From the NCBI GenBank assembly GCA_034520965.1, contig JAXHMY010000001.1, positions 800,001 to 864,000 on the forward strand: 64,000 nt of DNA, written 5' to 3'. A model generated the notes under the pieces. That model made no database searches. It was given only the letters and a program-made list of their open reading frames with translations, and was not told the DNA's origin. Both the position numbers and the translations under genes were made by a program. Shown here piece after piece: positions 1 through 10,702 of this stretch. Every line of letters starts with the position of its first letter. The first letter of the stretch is position 1. Origin of the DNA: Spirochaetia bacterium. GTDB lineage: Bacteria > Spirochaetota > Spirochaetia > DSM-16054 > Sediminispirochaetaceae.

Positions 1-938
1 TCGACGGGGCCTGTATCCAGCGCCACGATATTTCCGAGGCAGAAGGCCACGGCTCATTAAAATTCCTGGCCTCGACCTACGACTTTCAGAATCATGTGCT
101 ACGCGACGGCACGAGTTACCAGGGCAAACGGGTTTTGACCTTTGCCAGTATTCTTAAATATAAAATGTTCCCCTTGGCCGAAATTATTAAGGACCTGCTT
201 GAGATGGGACAGACGGCTATTAATACCCCCATCGAAATAGAGTTTGCCGTAGACCTCGATACTCCCGCAAACCAGCCGACTGTATTCAGTTTTCTGCAGA
301 TTAGGCCGATTGTAGAGGGCTCTGAACAGGAAGACATCGACATTTCCGACGAACTGCCCGAAGAAACTCTGATTTATTCCAACAAGGCGATGGGCAACGG
401 GATGTACGAAGAGCTCTACGACCTTGTGTACATAAAACCGGAGACATTTAACCCTTCCCACACCAAGACCATGGCCGAGATGATCGGAGAATTGAACGAA
501 CGCTTTGAAAAAGAGCAGCGCGGCTACATTCTGGTGGTCCCCGGACGGCTCGGCTCCAGCGATCCGTGGCTGGGCATTCCGATTAACTGGTCTCAAATCT
601 CTTATGCCCGGGTAATTGTAGAAATGGGACTGTCGAATTTTCGGGTAGATCCAAGTCAGGGTACCCATTTTTTCCAGAATCTTACCAGCTTGCAGAATGC
701 ATACTTAACCATCAATCCCTTTATGAAGGACGGGGTATTTAATCTGGAATATCTTGAGCAACAAGATTCTGAATTTGAAAATGACTTTTTACGACAGGTT
801 CACTTTGAAAATCCCCTGGGGGTAAAAATTGACGGGCGCAGCAGCCGCGGTCTTATCTTCTACTCCACTAACGACACGGGAAAACAGGACAAAACGGAAG
901 CTCAGACCTCCCAGGCAGCCCTCGAGATTGTCGATTAA
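1..938 (+). CDS. PEP/pyruvate-binding (PEP synthase/PPDK-like) domain protein, C-terminal part, 5' truncated by window
   Basis: Motifs IEIEFAVD, FLQIRP, PGRLGSSDPWLGIP, DPSQGTHFFQNL typical of this family; ORF track 96-938. Confidence 0.7.
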   Translation, partial: DGACIQRHDISEAEGHGSLKFLASTYDFQNHVLRDGTSYQGKRVLTFASILKYKMFPLAEIIKDLLEMGQTAINTPIEIEFAVDLDTPANQPTVFSFLQIRPIVEGSEQEDIDISDELPEETLIYSNKAMGNGMYEELYDLVYIKPETFNPSHTKTMAEMIGELNERFEKEQRGYILVVPGRLGSSDPWLGIPINWSQISYARVIVEMGLSNFRVDPSQGTHFFQNLTSLQNAYLTINPFMKDGVFNLEYLEQQDSEFENDFLRQVHFENPLGVKIDGRSSRGLIFYSTNDTGKQDKTEAQTSQAALEIVD

Positions 939-941
939 ACT

Positions 942-2147
942 CTAGGCTCCTGTGTATAACTCGCTCAGGGCCGTTTTTAAGATCCGCACAGCCCGCTCAA
1001 GCTTGTCACGGGTAAGCACATAGGCCAGCCGAATCTGCTTTTTCCCCAGATCGGGACTTGCGTAGAACCCCTGTGCAGGAGCTACCATCAATGTTTCTCC
1101 GTCTAAATGGAAATCTCTCAGCATCCATACTGCAAACTCTTCGGTGTCCTCTACCGGAAGTTCGGCAATAATGTAAAAAGCACCCTCCGGTGATGAGACT
1201 CGAACGCCTTCAATTGCCTGAAGCCGCTCCACCAGAAAGTCGCGACGGGCTTTATATTCTAAGCGAACCCGCTCCAAGTATTTATCGGAGTTATTGATAG
1301 CTGCGGCAACAGCAATCTGGTCAACCGTAGGAGGACAGAGACGGGCCTGGGCAAAGCGTAGCACCAGGTCAAGAACCTCCTGATTGCGGCTGACCAGCGT
1401 TCCGATCCGAGCTCCACAGGCGCTGTAGCGTTTGGAAACCGAATCGACCATAATGGCATTCTCCTCGATTCCCTCAAATTCCATAATGGAGATAGCGGTT
1501 CGCCCCTCGTAGGTAAACTCGCGGTACACCTCGTCAGAGATGATAAACAAATCGTGTCGACGGGCGAAAGCTACCAGTTCCTGAAGCCTCTCCCTGGAAA
1601 ACACAGCCCCGGAGGGATTGCCGGGATTACTGAACAAGATTGCCTTGGTTTTAGGGCCGACAGTTTTTTCAAACTCTTCGATTTCCGGTAAATGGAACCC
1701 ATCTTCTATACGGCTGGTTACTGGAACAATTTTTGCACCGCTCATAGCGGCAAAGCCGTTGTAGTTCGCATAGTAAGGCTCGGGGATAATAATTTCATCT
1801 CCAGGGGAGGTAACCGCCATCAGTGCAAAAATAATCGCTTCACTGCCGCCGCTGGTCACATAAATATTCTCCATGGACAGCTTCAGCCCGTGGCGCTGGT
1901 AATACTCGGCAAATTTTCCACGCAATTCAGGCAGTCCCTGGCTGGGTCCATAGGCAATTATCTCAGGCGGCCGGCTGTAAGCCTGTTTCATGGCAGGAAC
2001 TGTCTCGATATCAGGCTGTCCAATATTCAGATGAAGAACTTTGATCTCCGCCCGCTTAGCCGCATCGGCATAGGGTACCAGCTTTCTAATAGGACTTTCT
2101 GTCACCAGATTCTTACGTTCCGACAATGGTATTGATGTTCGTTTCAT
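942..2147 (-). CDS. PLP-dependent class I/II aminotransferase (aspartate aminotransferase-like)
   Basis: LNIGQPD, NPGNPSG, DEVY, SVSKRYSACGARIG motifs; likely start MKRTSI inside ORF 942-2213. Confidence 0.9.
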   Translation of the reverse strand: MKRTSIPLSERKNLVTESPIRKLVPYADAAKRAEIKVLHLNIGQPDIETVPAMKQAYSRPPEIIAYGPSQGLPELRGKFAEYYQRHGLKLSMENIYVTSGGSEAIIFALMAVTSPGDEIIIPEPYYANYNGFAAMSGAKIVPVTSRIEDGFHLPEIEEFEKTVGPKTKAILFSNPGNPSGAVFSRERLQELVAFARRHDLFIISDEVYREFTYEGRTAISIMEFEGIEENAIMVDSVSKRYSACGARIGTLVSRNQEVLDLVLRFAQARLCPPTVDQIAVAAAINNSDKYLERVRLEYKARRDFLVERLQAIEGVRVSSPEGAFYIIAELPVEDTEEFAVWMLRDFHLDGETLMVAPAQGFYASPDLGKKQIRLAYVLTRDKLERAVRILKTALSELYTGA

Positions 2148-2216
2148 TCTTTCCTCCGAGTATCTACAGCTAGTAAGTAAGGCATTTTTATACCGATTTT
2201 GAATGGACTTCAAGAG

Positions 2217-3318
2217 TTACTGTTTCAGAGGAAGAGTAAACATAAACAGCGCACCTTGTCCAGGCTCACTCTCAGCGACAATCTGCCCGCCGTTCTTTTC
2301 AACAAACTCCCTGCACAGCACAAGACCTAAACCGGAACCCTTCTCATTCTCCGTACCCTTTTTTAAATGCCGAATATCAATCCGAAACAACTCCGGAAGT
2401 ACTTCAGGGTCAATCCCTACTCCGTTGTCCTGCACCGTTACTACCACATCAGATTCGGTTCGATGACTGTAAAGAGTTATTCTGCCCCCCTTAGGGGTGT
2501 ATTTAACTGCATTCGACAGCAAATTTCGTACAATCGTATTGACCGAATTTTCATCAGCATATGCCGGTTCAGACGTCAGCAGATTATTTTCTATCTGAAG
2601 CTCTTTATTTTCAATATTCATTTCAAAAAGCACCAGGTTTTCCTGCACAATTTGGCTAATATCTATCTCTTCCGGGCTTATCAGCACCCGCCCGGTTTGT
2701 ATACGTGACCATTCTAAAAGATTTTCCAACAGGTTAAATGCGTTTTTGGAGGACTTATGCATCCCTTCTAGGAACTCTTTTGCCGTTTCAGGATCCAGTT
2801 TATCGATGCCGGTGGCTAAAATACTGTGACATTCCAACCAAAGCGGTGAAAGGGCTGCGCAGGTCGTGGGCAATCATGGAGAAAAACTTATCCTTTGCAG
2901 CATTCGCCTCCTGCAGTTGCCGCTGGGTAAAGCGAAGCTGGAGGTGATTCTGAACACGCATGCGCAGCTCAGCACCCCTAAAAGGTTTGGTGATGTAATC
3001 AACCGCACCAAGCTCGAAGCCCTTGGTGAGACTCTCCTCATCATTACGGGCGGTAAGAAAAATAATCGGCAGATCAGCATATTTTTCCATCCCTTTCACA
3101 GTGGCGGCTACTTCAAAGCCATCCATTTCGGGCATCATAATATCGAGTAGAATAAGATCAATCGATGTCTTTTTCAGCAGCTTCAGGCCTTCAGAACCGC
3201 TCTCTGCAATAGACACCTGAAAGCCGGCCTTCCGCAGGATTGCCTGGGCTATCTCCAGATTCATTGCAACATCATCGATTATTAAAACATGAGAGTTTTG
3301 AGTATCTATTTTTTCCAT
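2217..3318 (-). CDS. Hybrid receiver/sensor histidine kinase, split by a frameshift near 2810
   Basis: ORF 2800-3318 has REC and H-box (IAHDLRSPF); ORF 2217-2873 has HATPase (NLLSNAVKY, DNGVG, GSGLGL). Confidence 0.85.
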
Positions 3319-3333
3319 ATATTCCGGTAGATT

Positions 3334-3795
3334 CTAAAGCAACTTTAAAACCTGCTCCTCTAATTCATCTACCTTGATTGATAAAGTGGATGATTTTCCT
3401 TCGGGTTTCGAAATTACTTCTGCTGCACCGAGCATCTTGGCCTTACGCACATTCTCACTGTTTTCGTACATAGTTCCGCTAAGAATAACTATTGGCAAAT
3501 TGTTCGGTATATCGCCGGCCCGCTTTTTTGCACTTATCTCTTTCAGGGCAGTCAGTCCGTCAACCTCCGGCATTTCCACATCCATCAGCACCACATCCGG
3601 TTTTTCGGATACTATTTTATCTATCCCGATCCTTCCGTTTTCTGCTAATATTACATCTTCCCAATTGCCGGTCTTTTTTAATGCCGCCTGCAATCCGCTT
3701 CGTACAAGAAAAGAATCATCGACAATCAGCAGTTTCTTACCCATTTTTATTCCTCCGACAAAATATACATTCGCACACCATTTTGTCGTCGTCAA
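3334..3795 (-). CDS. Stand-alone response regulator receiver (CheB-like REC); probable start MGKKLL
   Basis: IVDDS, DVVLMDVEMPEVDG, ISKP motifs. Confidence 0.8.
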   Translation of the reverse strand: MTTTKWCANVYFVGGIKMGKKLLIVDDSFLVRSGLQAALKKTGNWEDVILAENGRIGIDKIVSEKPDVVLMDVEMPEVDGLTALKEISAKKRAGDIPNNLPIVILSGTMYENSENVRKAKMLGAAEVISKPEGKSSTLSIKVDELEEQVLKLL

Positions 3796-3916
3796 CTATT
3801 AAGGTATTTAACTTCATGCGGTTCTCTCCCATGTAAAAAATAAAAATATAGACTTAGCTGTAGCCTGTCAAATCAGATCGATATCAATAATAGGGAATGC
3901 AAATTTATTAGTTGGA

Positions 3917-5960
3917 TTAATGCTTGCTCAGCAGTTTGATCATATACAGCTCGATGTAGCGGCGAAAAGGTTCTTTGCGTTTTATTCGTTTAAATGCTTC
4001 GTACTCGGCTATCTGTTTACTGAGATTGTGAATGCGCTGTTCATCCGGTGGGGTGACCATCAAACTGCGTTTGATGCGGCGGAGAAAATCGCGTACAGCT
4101 GAGTTTACGTCCTCTATCAAATCTTTCTTTGATTTTCCGTCCACCAAGGGATTCCACTCTTCAATAAGCTCATCAAGGCTCTGATCGATATTACCATTGG
4201 TACCTATATAACTTCGTTTTAGTTCATACAAGGCCTTCTTGAAGGCTACCTGATTACTTCTTCCCGGTCTCCAACCTCGCCTCCGTGGCCGCTGTCGCGG
4301 GCACCAAACTGTTTTGCCCCGGCCTTCTGGTCGCCGGAAATCCATTGTCGAAGGATTCGCCCCCCGCCTGAGGTCGGCCGCGGGATTCTCGGGGTTCGCG
4401 GGATTTTGTAAATGACGCATAGAGGTCCGACGGGTCCTTTAGCCCTTCCGCCCCTCTTACTAACTTCTTCCACAGCTTACCCAGCACTACTCCCATTCGG
4501 CCGATAATCGGGATGCTCTTCCAAAGGGGCAGATAGGTACGCGCATCCCGGATGATCCGCTTTGGATCTAGACGGAGGATTTCATCGACCGGTATCAGGC
4601 GCTGCTGTTTTTCATCGATAATCCGGTTGGCCTCTATATACACCTCTTTTGAGGGTTTGGTCTCGTTCAGACAGGTAAACAACAGCTCGTACTGCAGTAG
4701 ACGGGCCAGCAATGGCTCCTGGTCCGTTATTCGGTTCCATATATCCTTTTGAAACAGTTCGCGGTGGTTCATCATCGCCAGCTTCTTGTAGTCGCCAAGG
4801 ACCTCCGCCCACTCCTTTACATACTGTGCACGCACCTGCCTGGCGAAGGCCTGGGATCTCTGCAACACAAGGTTAAGCAGGCGTTCTTTGCTCACGTAGT
4901 ATTCGTTCTTATCTGCAGACATAAGCCGGACAATATCGGTTAGCGGACCGTTCTTCTCGCGCGTGGTCTTTCGCTCCAAATAGTGGGCCAGCTCCTGCTG
5001 GGAAATCCGTTTTGAGATCGGAGTTCCCACCTTGTCCCGCATGCCGTAGATATCGCTAAAACTGTAGAAATATGGCGGCTTTTTGATTCCCTGCTGCACC
5101 TGCCGCAGGGATTGCTCCTTCTCCAGCTTTTGCTTCTTCAGGCCCTTGTAGTGCAGGGCAAACAGACCAATCAGATAGCAGGCCTGACTGAAGCCGTGCT
5201 CACGGTCAAGTTTATTAGCCTTTTCTCGGAATTCATTCACCACAAAGGTAGATAGATGAGTCCAGAACTGAAAAGTGAAATCATCGGGATCGGCAATAGT
5301 AGTAATTGCAATTTCCCGCTGGGTCATTATGTTTGAAAAAAGGTCCTTTACGGGCTGTTCCTTATGGGGGAATATGCCGTGTATTTTGTTGATTACATAG
5401 TCGGAGTTTTTCTGAAGTGCAAGGTAAGTCCGCAGCTTCAGCACGCACATCGACAAAAGCTGACTGTGAATAAGCTCGCCTATAATGATCATCGAGCGAA
5501 TTCCCTCCGGGAAAATCAGACGAAAGACCGTACTGTTTTTTCCCTTAAGGTTTTTCAACAACGGAACGAAGTGCTCCTTTACCTCGATTACCTCAAGAGC
5601 AGCGTCCGGTATCGTTTCGCCAAGCATATCTTCATTGGGAAATGAATTCTCAGGAGTTTTCTTAGCTTCTTCATAAATCTTGCGGATAATATGGGGAAAG
5701 TACTTGAGGTATACCACCTGCTGGGTGTTTTGTTCATCCTCAATGAGCGCGCAGATCCCTTCCTCTTCGGCCTCTTCAAGTAATGTATCAAACTCGGCTG
5801 GAGCCATCTGCCCGAAGGGGGTGAATCCGGGACGGGTTTTCTGAAATTCCCCAGCCCAGTTTCCGGCGTACCGCTCAAGATTATAGCGAGAAATTGTGGA
5901 AACATTCTTCTTTTGGGTATAGGCACGCAGTATGTGCTCCAAGTCTTTCAGTTTCGACAT
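3917..5960 (-). CDS. Conserved hypothetical protein, probably one frameshifted gene
   Basis: Overlapping long ORFs 4254-5960 and 3917-4420; no recognised motif. Confidence 0.55.
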
Positions 5961-6034
5961 AAACCTACCTTTTTGCTCTTATTTTGAGTATACGTCGAGA
6001 GTTCACAATTTTCAACACAAAGCGTGTAAACTTG

Positions 6035-6754
6035 CTAAGGCCGGATATTATGGTCGAAGGTTTCCCAAAGCACATCCTGTGGCGGGTCAGCCTTTATGTC
6101 CAAAGGGCTGTGCTGCACCGGATGTTCCAGCACCAGCCTGCGAGCATGCAGATGAATACCTCCATTCGGATTAGAACGGCGGGCACCGTACTTCAGGTCG
6201 CCCTTCACGCAGCATCCTACCGTGGCAAGCTGCGCCCGGATCTGATGATGCCGGCCGGTTTCCAGCTCAATCTCCAGCAGATAGTAGTTGTCAGTGGCGG
6301 CTATCAGCGAGTAAGAGAGCTTGGCTAACTTGGCACCTTTTTTCTCAGCCTTTGCCTTCGAGACGGCGTAGGATTTGTTCTGAGACCGGTTTTTCCACAG
6401 ATAATGCTCCAGCACCCCCTTATCGGAGGGCGGCATTTTGTCGACCACCGCCCAGTATATTTTCCGTACATCCCGGCCTTTGAACAGCTTGCCCAGGCGG
6501 GTGAGGGCCTTGTCGGTTTTCGCCATCAGCACTAAGCCGCTGGTGGGGCGGTCGAGCCGGTGGGGAAGACCCAGGAACACGTTTCCCGGCTTGGCATCAC
6601 GCTGTTTGATAAACTCTTTCATTAAATCTAACAGGGCCGGGTCGCCGGAGCTGTCCCCCTGGACAGGTTCGTTTATCCGCTTGTTGATGGCCAGCAGATG
6701 GTTATCCTCGTAGACAATCCGTCCCTCTATATCTTGAAATAAATCTTTATTCAT
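6035..6754 (-). CDS. RluA-family RNA pseudouridine synthase
   Basis: HRLDRPTSG catalytic motif, TGRHHQIR, GDLKYG. Confidence 0.92.
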   Translation of the reverse strand: MNKDLFQDIEGRIVYEDNHLLAINKRINEPVQGDSSGDPALLDLMKEFIKQRDAKPGNVFLGLPHRLDRPTSGLVLMAKTDKALTRLGKLFKGRDVRKIYWAVVDKMPPSDKGVLEHYLWKNRSQNKSYAVSKAKAEKKGAKLAKLSYSLIAATDNYYLLEIELETGRHHQIRAQLATVGCCVKGDLKYGARRSNPNGGIHLHARRLVLEHPVQHSPLDIKADPPQDVLWETFDHNIRP

Positions 6755-6757
6755 ACC

Positions 6758-8686
6758 CTACTTCTTGCTTTTATTACGGAATAGTACCCGTTTTACCGTG
6801 CGCGTCTCTTTGGTAGTAAGCCGTGTTCCGTTGGCCTTCACGCTTTTTACCAGATAATCCTGCACCCGGAACCGTTCTTCCAACACCTTCAGGCGGGGCT
6901 TCTTTTTATACAGGAACACAAATTCTTCATCCTCACGGGTAGTAAAATCGACGATTTCGGCCCCCTCCGGCACCAGATGATAGGTTTTCTTTATTATAAA
7001 CTGTTCTATACTGCAGCGTTTAAGGTAATAGGCCCCGCTGTCCTTCATTTTATACAGAATGGTAAACACATACTTGGCTAACTCGTCCTTGTCGGCCAGA
7101 CCGCAGAAGAGCATACCCTTATCGACAAACAGCTTATCCGGAGCATCGATCACCGAGTAGATACCGCTCTTGCGCATTACCAATACCCGGTCGTACTGGT
7201 TTACCGCACACACGCTCTCTCCGGTCTTTACCTCGTGGCCCAAATAACCGCTGGACTTATCGTAGCGCAGCTCTAGGTTCCGCTGGGCGGCATCGCGGAC
7301 ATCGGTCTTTTCGAAAGAGCCGACCCTGGTAAGCCGCTTGAATCGGTCGGACATCGACTCCATCATTCGGTCTAGAAAACCAATTGCATAATCGCTAATA
7401 TGCTCCAGATGGTACTTTACCTCTTTCAGCCGTGCCTTGATCTCCGCAACCTCTTTGCGGTTTTTGTTAATGTCGTACAGCGAAATGCGCCGTATTGGAA
7501 TTCTCAGCAGCCGCTCGATATCCTCCTGAGTCACCTGACGGGGAATCTCCTTTTTAAAGGGCTCCAAACCGTCAAAGACCGCTTGGATAACCGCCTCCTG
7601 GGTGGTCATCTCTTCGATCTTTTTATAAATGCGCTCCTCGATAAAAATTCGTTCAAGGGTACGGGCGTGGAGCCTGTCCCGCAGGTGTCCCTGCTCGACC
7701 TTCAGCTCCGCCGTAAGCACTTCGATTATGTGATTGGCGTGAAAGCGGATAATATCGCTTATCGACATCACCGTCGGGGTATTGTCCTTTATCACCAGGG
7801 GATTCACCGAAATAGCGTATTCGCAGTCGGTAAAGGCATACAGCGCATCCAGCACATCCTGGGTATACTCACCCCGGGCCAGCTTTATCTCGATCTCCAC
7901 CTTGTCGGTGGTAAAGTCGTTAATACCCGAAATCTTAAACTTGTTTTTGCGGGCGGCGGTTTCTATCGAGTTAATCAGGCTCTCGGTGGTAGAACCGAAG
8001 GGCAGCTCCCGGATGAATATTCGCTTAGGATCAGTCGTATCCACCCGGGCCCGCACCAGAACCTTTCCCAAGCCGTCCTGGTAGTCCGACACATCCACCA
8101 GCCCGCCTCCGGGAAAATCCGGGTACAGCTCAAACTCCTCGCCCCGCAGGGCCGACTTGACCGCCTGCAGCACCTCATGAAAGTTATGCGGCAAAATCTT
8201 GGTGGACATACCCACCGCAATTCCCTCCGCACCGTGGAGCAGAACTACCGGAATTTTAGCCGGAAAAACCACCGGCTCCCTATTGCGGCCGTCGTAGGAA
8301 TCGATATATTCGGTTATGTCGGGATTGTAGAGCACCTGCTTTGCAAAGGGCTCAATCCGGCACTCGATATAGCGGCTGGCGGAAGCCTCATCACCGGTCA
8401 GCAAGCTGCCGAAGTTTCCCTGCCTGTCTATAAACAGCTCTTTGTTGGCCAGTACCACCAGGGCCGAATAGATCGAGGCATCGCCATGGGGATGGTACTT
8501 CATACAGGAGCCGACTATATTGGCCACCTTATGGAACTTTCCGTCATCCACTTCAAACAGAGTGTGCAGAATACGGCGCTGTACCGGTTTCAGGCCGTCC
8601 TTCAGATCAGGTATAGCCCGGTCTTTAATTACATACGAGGCGTATTCGAGAAAGTTTTTATTGTAGATACTGCGAACATATGACAT
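6758..8686 (-). CDS. parC: DNA topoisomerase IV subunit A
   Basis: DRAIPDLKDGLKPVQRR, YHPHGD, SRYIE active-site Tyr; short spirochaete/Bacteroidota-type form. Confidence 0.9.
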   Translation of the reverse strand: MSYVRSIYNKNFLEYASYVIKDRAIPDLKDGLKPVQRRILHTLFEVDDGKFHKVANIVGSCMKYHPHGDASIYSALVVLANKELFIDRQGNFGSLLTGDEASASRYIECRIEPFAKQVLYNPDITEYIDSYDGRNREPVVFPAKIPVVLLHGAEGIAVGMSTKILPHNFHEVLQAVKSALRGEEFELYPDFPGGGLVDVSDYQDGLGKVLVRARVDTTDPKRIFIRELPFGSTTESLINSIETAARKNKFKISGINDFTTDKVEIEIKLARGEYTQDVLDALYAFTDCEYAISVNPLVIKDNTPTVMSISDIIRFHANHIIEVLTAELKVEQGHLRDRLHARTLERIFIEERIYKKIEEMTTQEAVIQAVFDGLEPFKKEIPRQVTQEDIERLLRIPIRRISLYDINKNRKEVAEIKARLKEVKYHLEHISDYAIGFLDRMMESMSDRFKRLTRVGSFEKTDVRDAAQRNLELRYDKSSGYLGHEVKTGESVCAVNQYDRVLVMRKSGIYSVIDAPDKLFVDKGMLFCGLADKDELAKYVFTILYKMKDSGAYYLKRCSIEQFIIKKTYHLVPEGAEIVDFTTREDEEFVFLYKKKPRLKVLEERFRVQDYLVKSVKANGTRLTTKETRTVKRVLFRNKSKK

Positions 8687-8687
8687 C

Positions 8688-10511
8688 TTAGATGAGGTTC
8701 TCCATTATGTAATTACGCCTTTCGGGGGTGTTTTTGCCCATATAGAACGAGAGGGTTTCATGCAAATTTTTAAGCGACTTCATATCCACCTCGATTAAGC
8801 GAATGTCCTCACCGATAAACTGGCCAAACTCTTTCGGGGAAATCTCACCAAGGCCCTTAAAGCGGGTAACCTCCGGAGCCGAAAGCTCTTCCAGAGCCTT
8901 ATCCCGTTCTTTAGGATTATAGCAATAACGGGTTGTTTTTTTATTCCGTACCCGATACAGGGGTGTCTCCAGAATATACAGGCGGCCCGAGACCACCAGC
9001 TCTTCAAAATAATTCAAAAAGAAGGTCAGTAGGAGGTTACGAATATGAAACCCGTCGTGGTCGGCATCGGTGGCGATAATAATTTTTCCGTAGCGCAGAC
9101 CTTCGACATCGTTTTCAATGCCCAGGGCCATCATCAAATTAAACAGCTCTTCATTTTTATAAATAGCAGTTTTATTTTTTCCAAACACGTTCTGGGGCTT
9201 TCCTCGCAGTGAGAAAATGGCCTGGGTATACACATTACGGGCCGATACCATTGAACCGGAGGCGGATTGGCCCTCGGTAATAAAGATCATGGACTCGTCG
9301 CCGTGCTTATCGCCAAGATGGTACTTGCAATCCTTCAAATTGGGAATCTTGAGGGCTACCTTTTTGGCCGCATCCCGGGCCTCTTTCTTTACGGCGTTCA
9401 ACTCTTTACGCAGTTTTTCGTTACTCTCGATTTTCTGCTCCAGGCGCTTGGAGGCCTCTTTGTTTTTGTGCAGAAAGTCGACTACCGCCGATTTTACCTC
9501 GCCCACAATCCAGCTGCGGATTTCGCTGTTGCCCAGCTTGTTTTTGGTCTGACTCTCAAACACCGGGTTTTGAAGCTTTACCGCAATGGCCCCGGCAACC
9601 CCCTCCCGTACATCCACGCCGCTGTAGTTCTTCTTAAAAAACTCGTTGGTTCCCTTTAACAAACCCTCGCGGTAGGCGCTCAGATGAGTACCCCCGTCGC
9701 TGGTATACTGACCGTTCACGAAAGAGAAATAGGTCTCGCCGTAGGTATTGGTATGGGTAAAGGCAAACTCAAGATGGTCCCCCTTCAAATGCCCGATTTC
9801 ATAGAGAGTCTCATCTCCGATTTCTCCGTCCAGCAGGTCAAGCAGCCCGTTTTTCGACAGGAACTTCTTTTTATTAAACCAGAGGGTCAGCCCTGCATTT
9901 AGACAGGCGTAATTCCACATCCGCTGCTCGATAAATTCGAAGTTGTAGCTGAACTCGTCAAAAATCTCCGGGTCGGGAACAAACTCTACGTAGGTGCCGT
10001 TCTTTTCGTCCTTTTTGTTGCCCTTGCGTTCGCTGAGGAACTTTCCCTTTGAAAAGACCGCCTCATAATACTTGCCCTCCCGGAAGGAGACGACCCTGAA
10101 ATGATTGGAGAGGGCGTTGACCGCCTTGGTCCCTACCCCGTTGAGGCCGACGGAGAATTGAAAGACCTCGTCGTTGTATTTTGCACCGGTATTGATTACC
10201 GAAACGCATTCCACCACTTTTCCGAGGGGAATTCCGCGTCCAAAGTCTCGAATTTTCACCCGGTCCCCATCAACTTGAACGATGATGCGCGAGCCGTGGC
10301 CCATGATATACTCATCGATGCTGTTATCGATCACCTCTTTCAGCAGAATGTAGATACCGTCATCTACATTCGAACCATCTCCCAGACGGCCGATATACAT
10401 ACCGGTCCGCAGGCGAATATGCTCGAGGCTGCTGAGGGTTTTGATCGTACTTTCATCGTACTCTTTGTTCTTTTTAGAACTTTTCTGTGTTGCTTGTGTA
10501 AATTTTGCCAT
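8688..10511 (-). CDS. parE: DNA topoisomerase IV subunit B
   Basis: EVIDNSIDE, GLNGVG, TEGQSA, LRGK, ATDADHDG, RFKGLGE. Confidence 0.9.
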   Translation of the reverse strand: MAKFTQATQKSSKKNKEYDESTIKTLSSLEHIRLRTGMYIGRLGDGSNVDDGIYILLKEVIDNSIDEYIMGHGSRIIVQVDGDRVKIRDFGRGIPLGKVVECVSVINTGAKYNDEVFQFSVGLNGVGTKAVNALSNHFRVVSFREGKYYEAVFSKGKFLSERKGNKKDEKNGTYVEFVPDPEIFDEFSYNFEFIEQRMWNYACLNAGLTLWFNKKKFLSKNGLLDLLDGEIGDETLYEIGHLKGDHLEFAFTHTNTYGETYFSFVNGQYTSDGGTHLSAYREGLLKGTNEFFKKNYSGVDVREGVAGAIAVKLQNPVFESQTKNKLGNSEIRSWIVGEVKSAVVDFLHKNKEASKRLEQKIESNEKLRKELNAVKKEARDAAKKVALKIPNLKDCKYHLGDKHGDESMIFITEGQSASGSMVSARNVYTQAIFSLRGKPQNVFGKNKTAIYKNEELFNLMMALGIENDVEGLRYGKIIIATDADHDGFHIRNLLLTFFLNYFEELVVSGRLYILETPLYRVRNKKTTRYCYNPKERDKALEELSAPEVTRFKGLGEISPKEFGQFIGEDIRLIEVDMKSLKNLHETLSFYMGKNTPERRNYIMENLI

Positions 10512-10625
10512 GATACTTCAACCGCGGAGTGTAGCACATTTACAGAAGGTTGTCAGCTGTCTGCAGCCAAACCAACAATTGATACTTATTATTGACAATA
10601 GAAACATATGAGGGTTAATTTATAG

Positions 10626-10699
10626 TGAGTCCTGGGATGGCGAAAGCAGGCCACGAACCTTGTGTGATAGCAATATCACCTAGCGTCCGATAGGACTCA
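10626..10699 (+). ncRNA. Candidate small structured RNA, family unidentified
   Basis: TGAGTCCT...AGGACTCA closing stem, GGATG/CGTCC, GC-GAAA-GC and GTGATA-GCAA-TATCAC GNRA hairpins; TTGACA at 10592-10597. Confidence 0.4.
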
Positions 10700-10702
10700 T
10701 GT

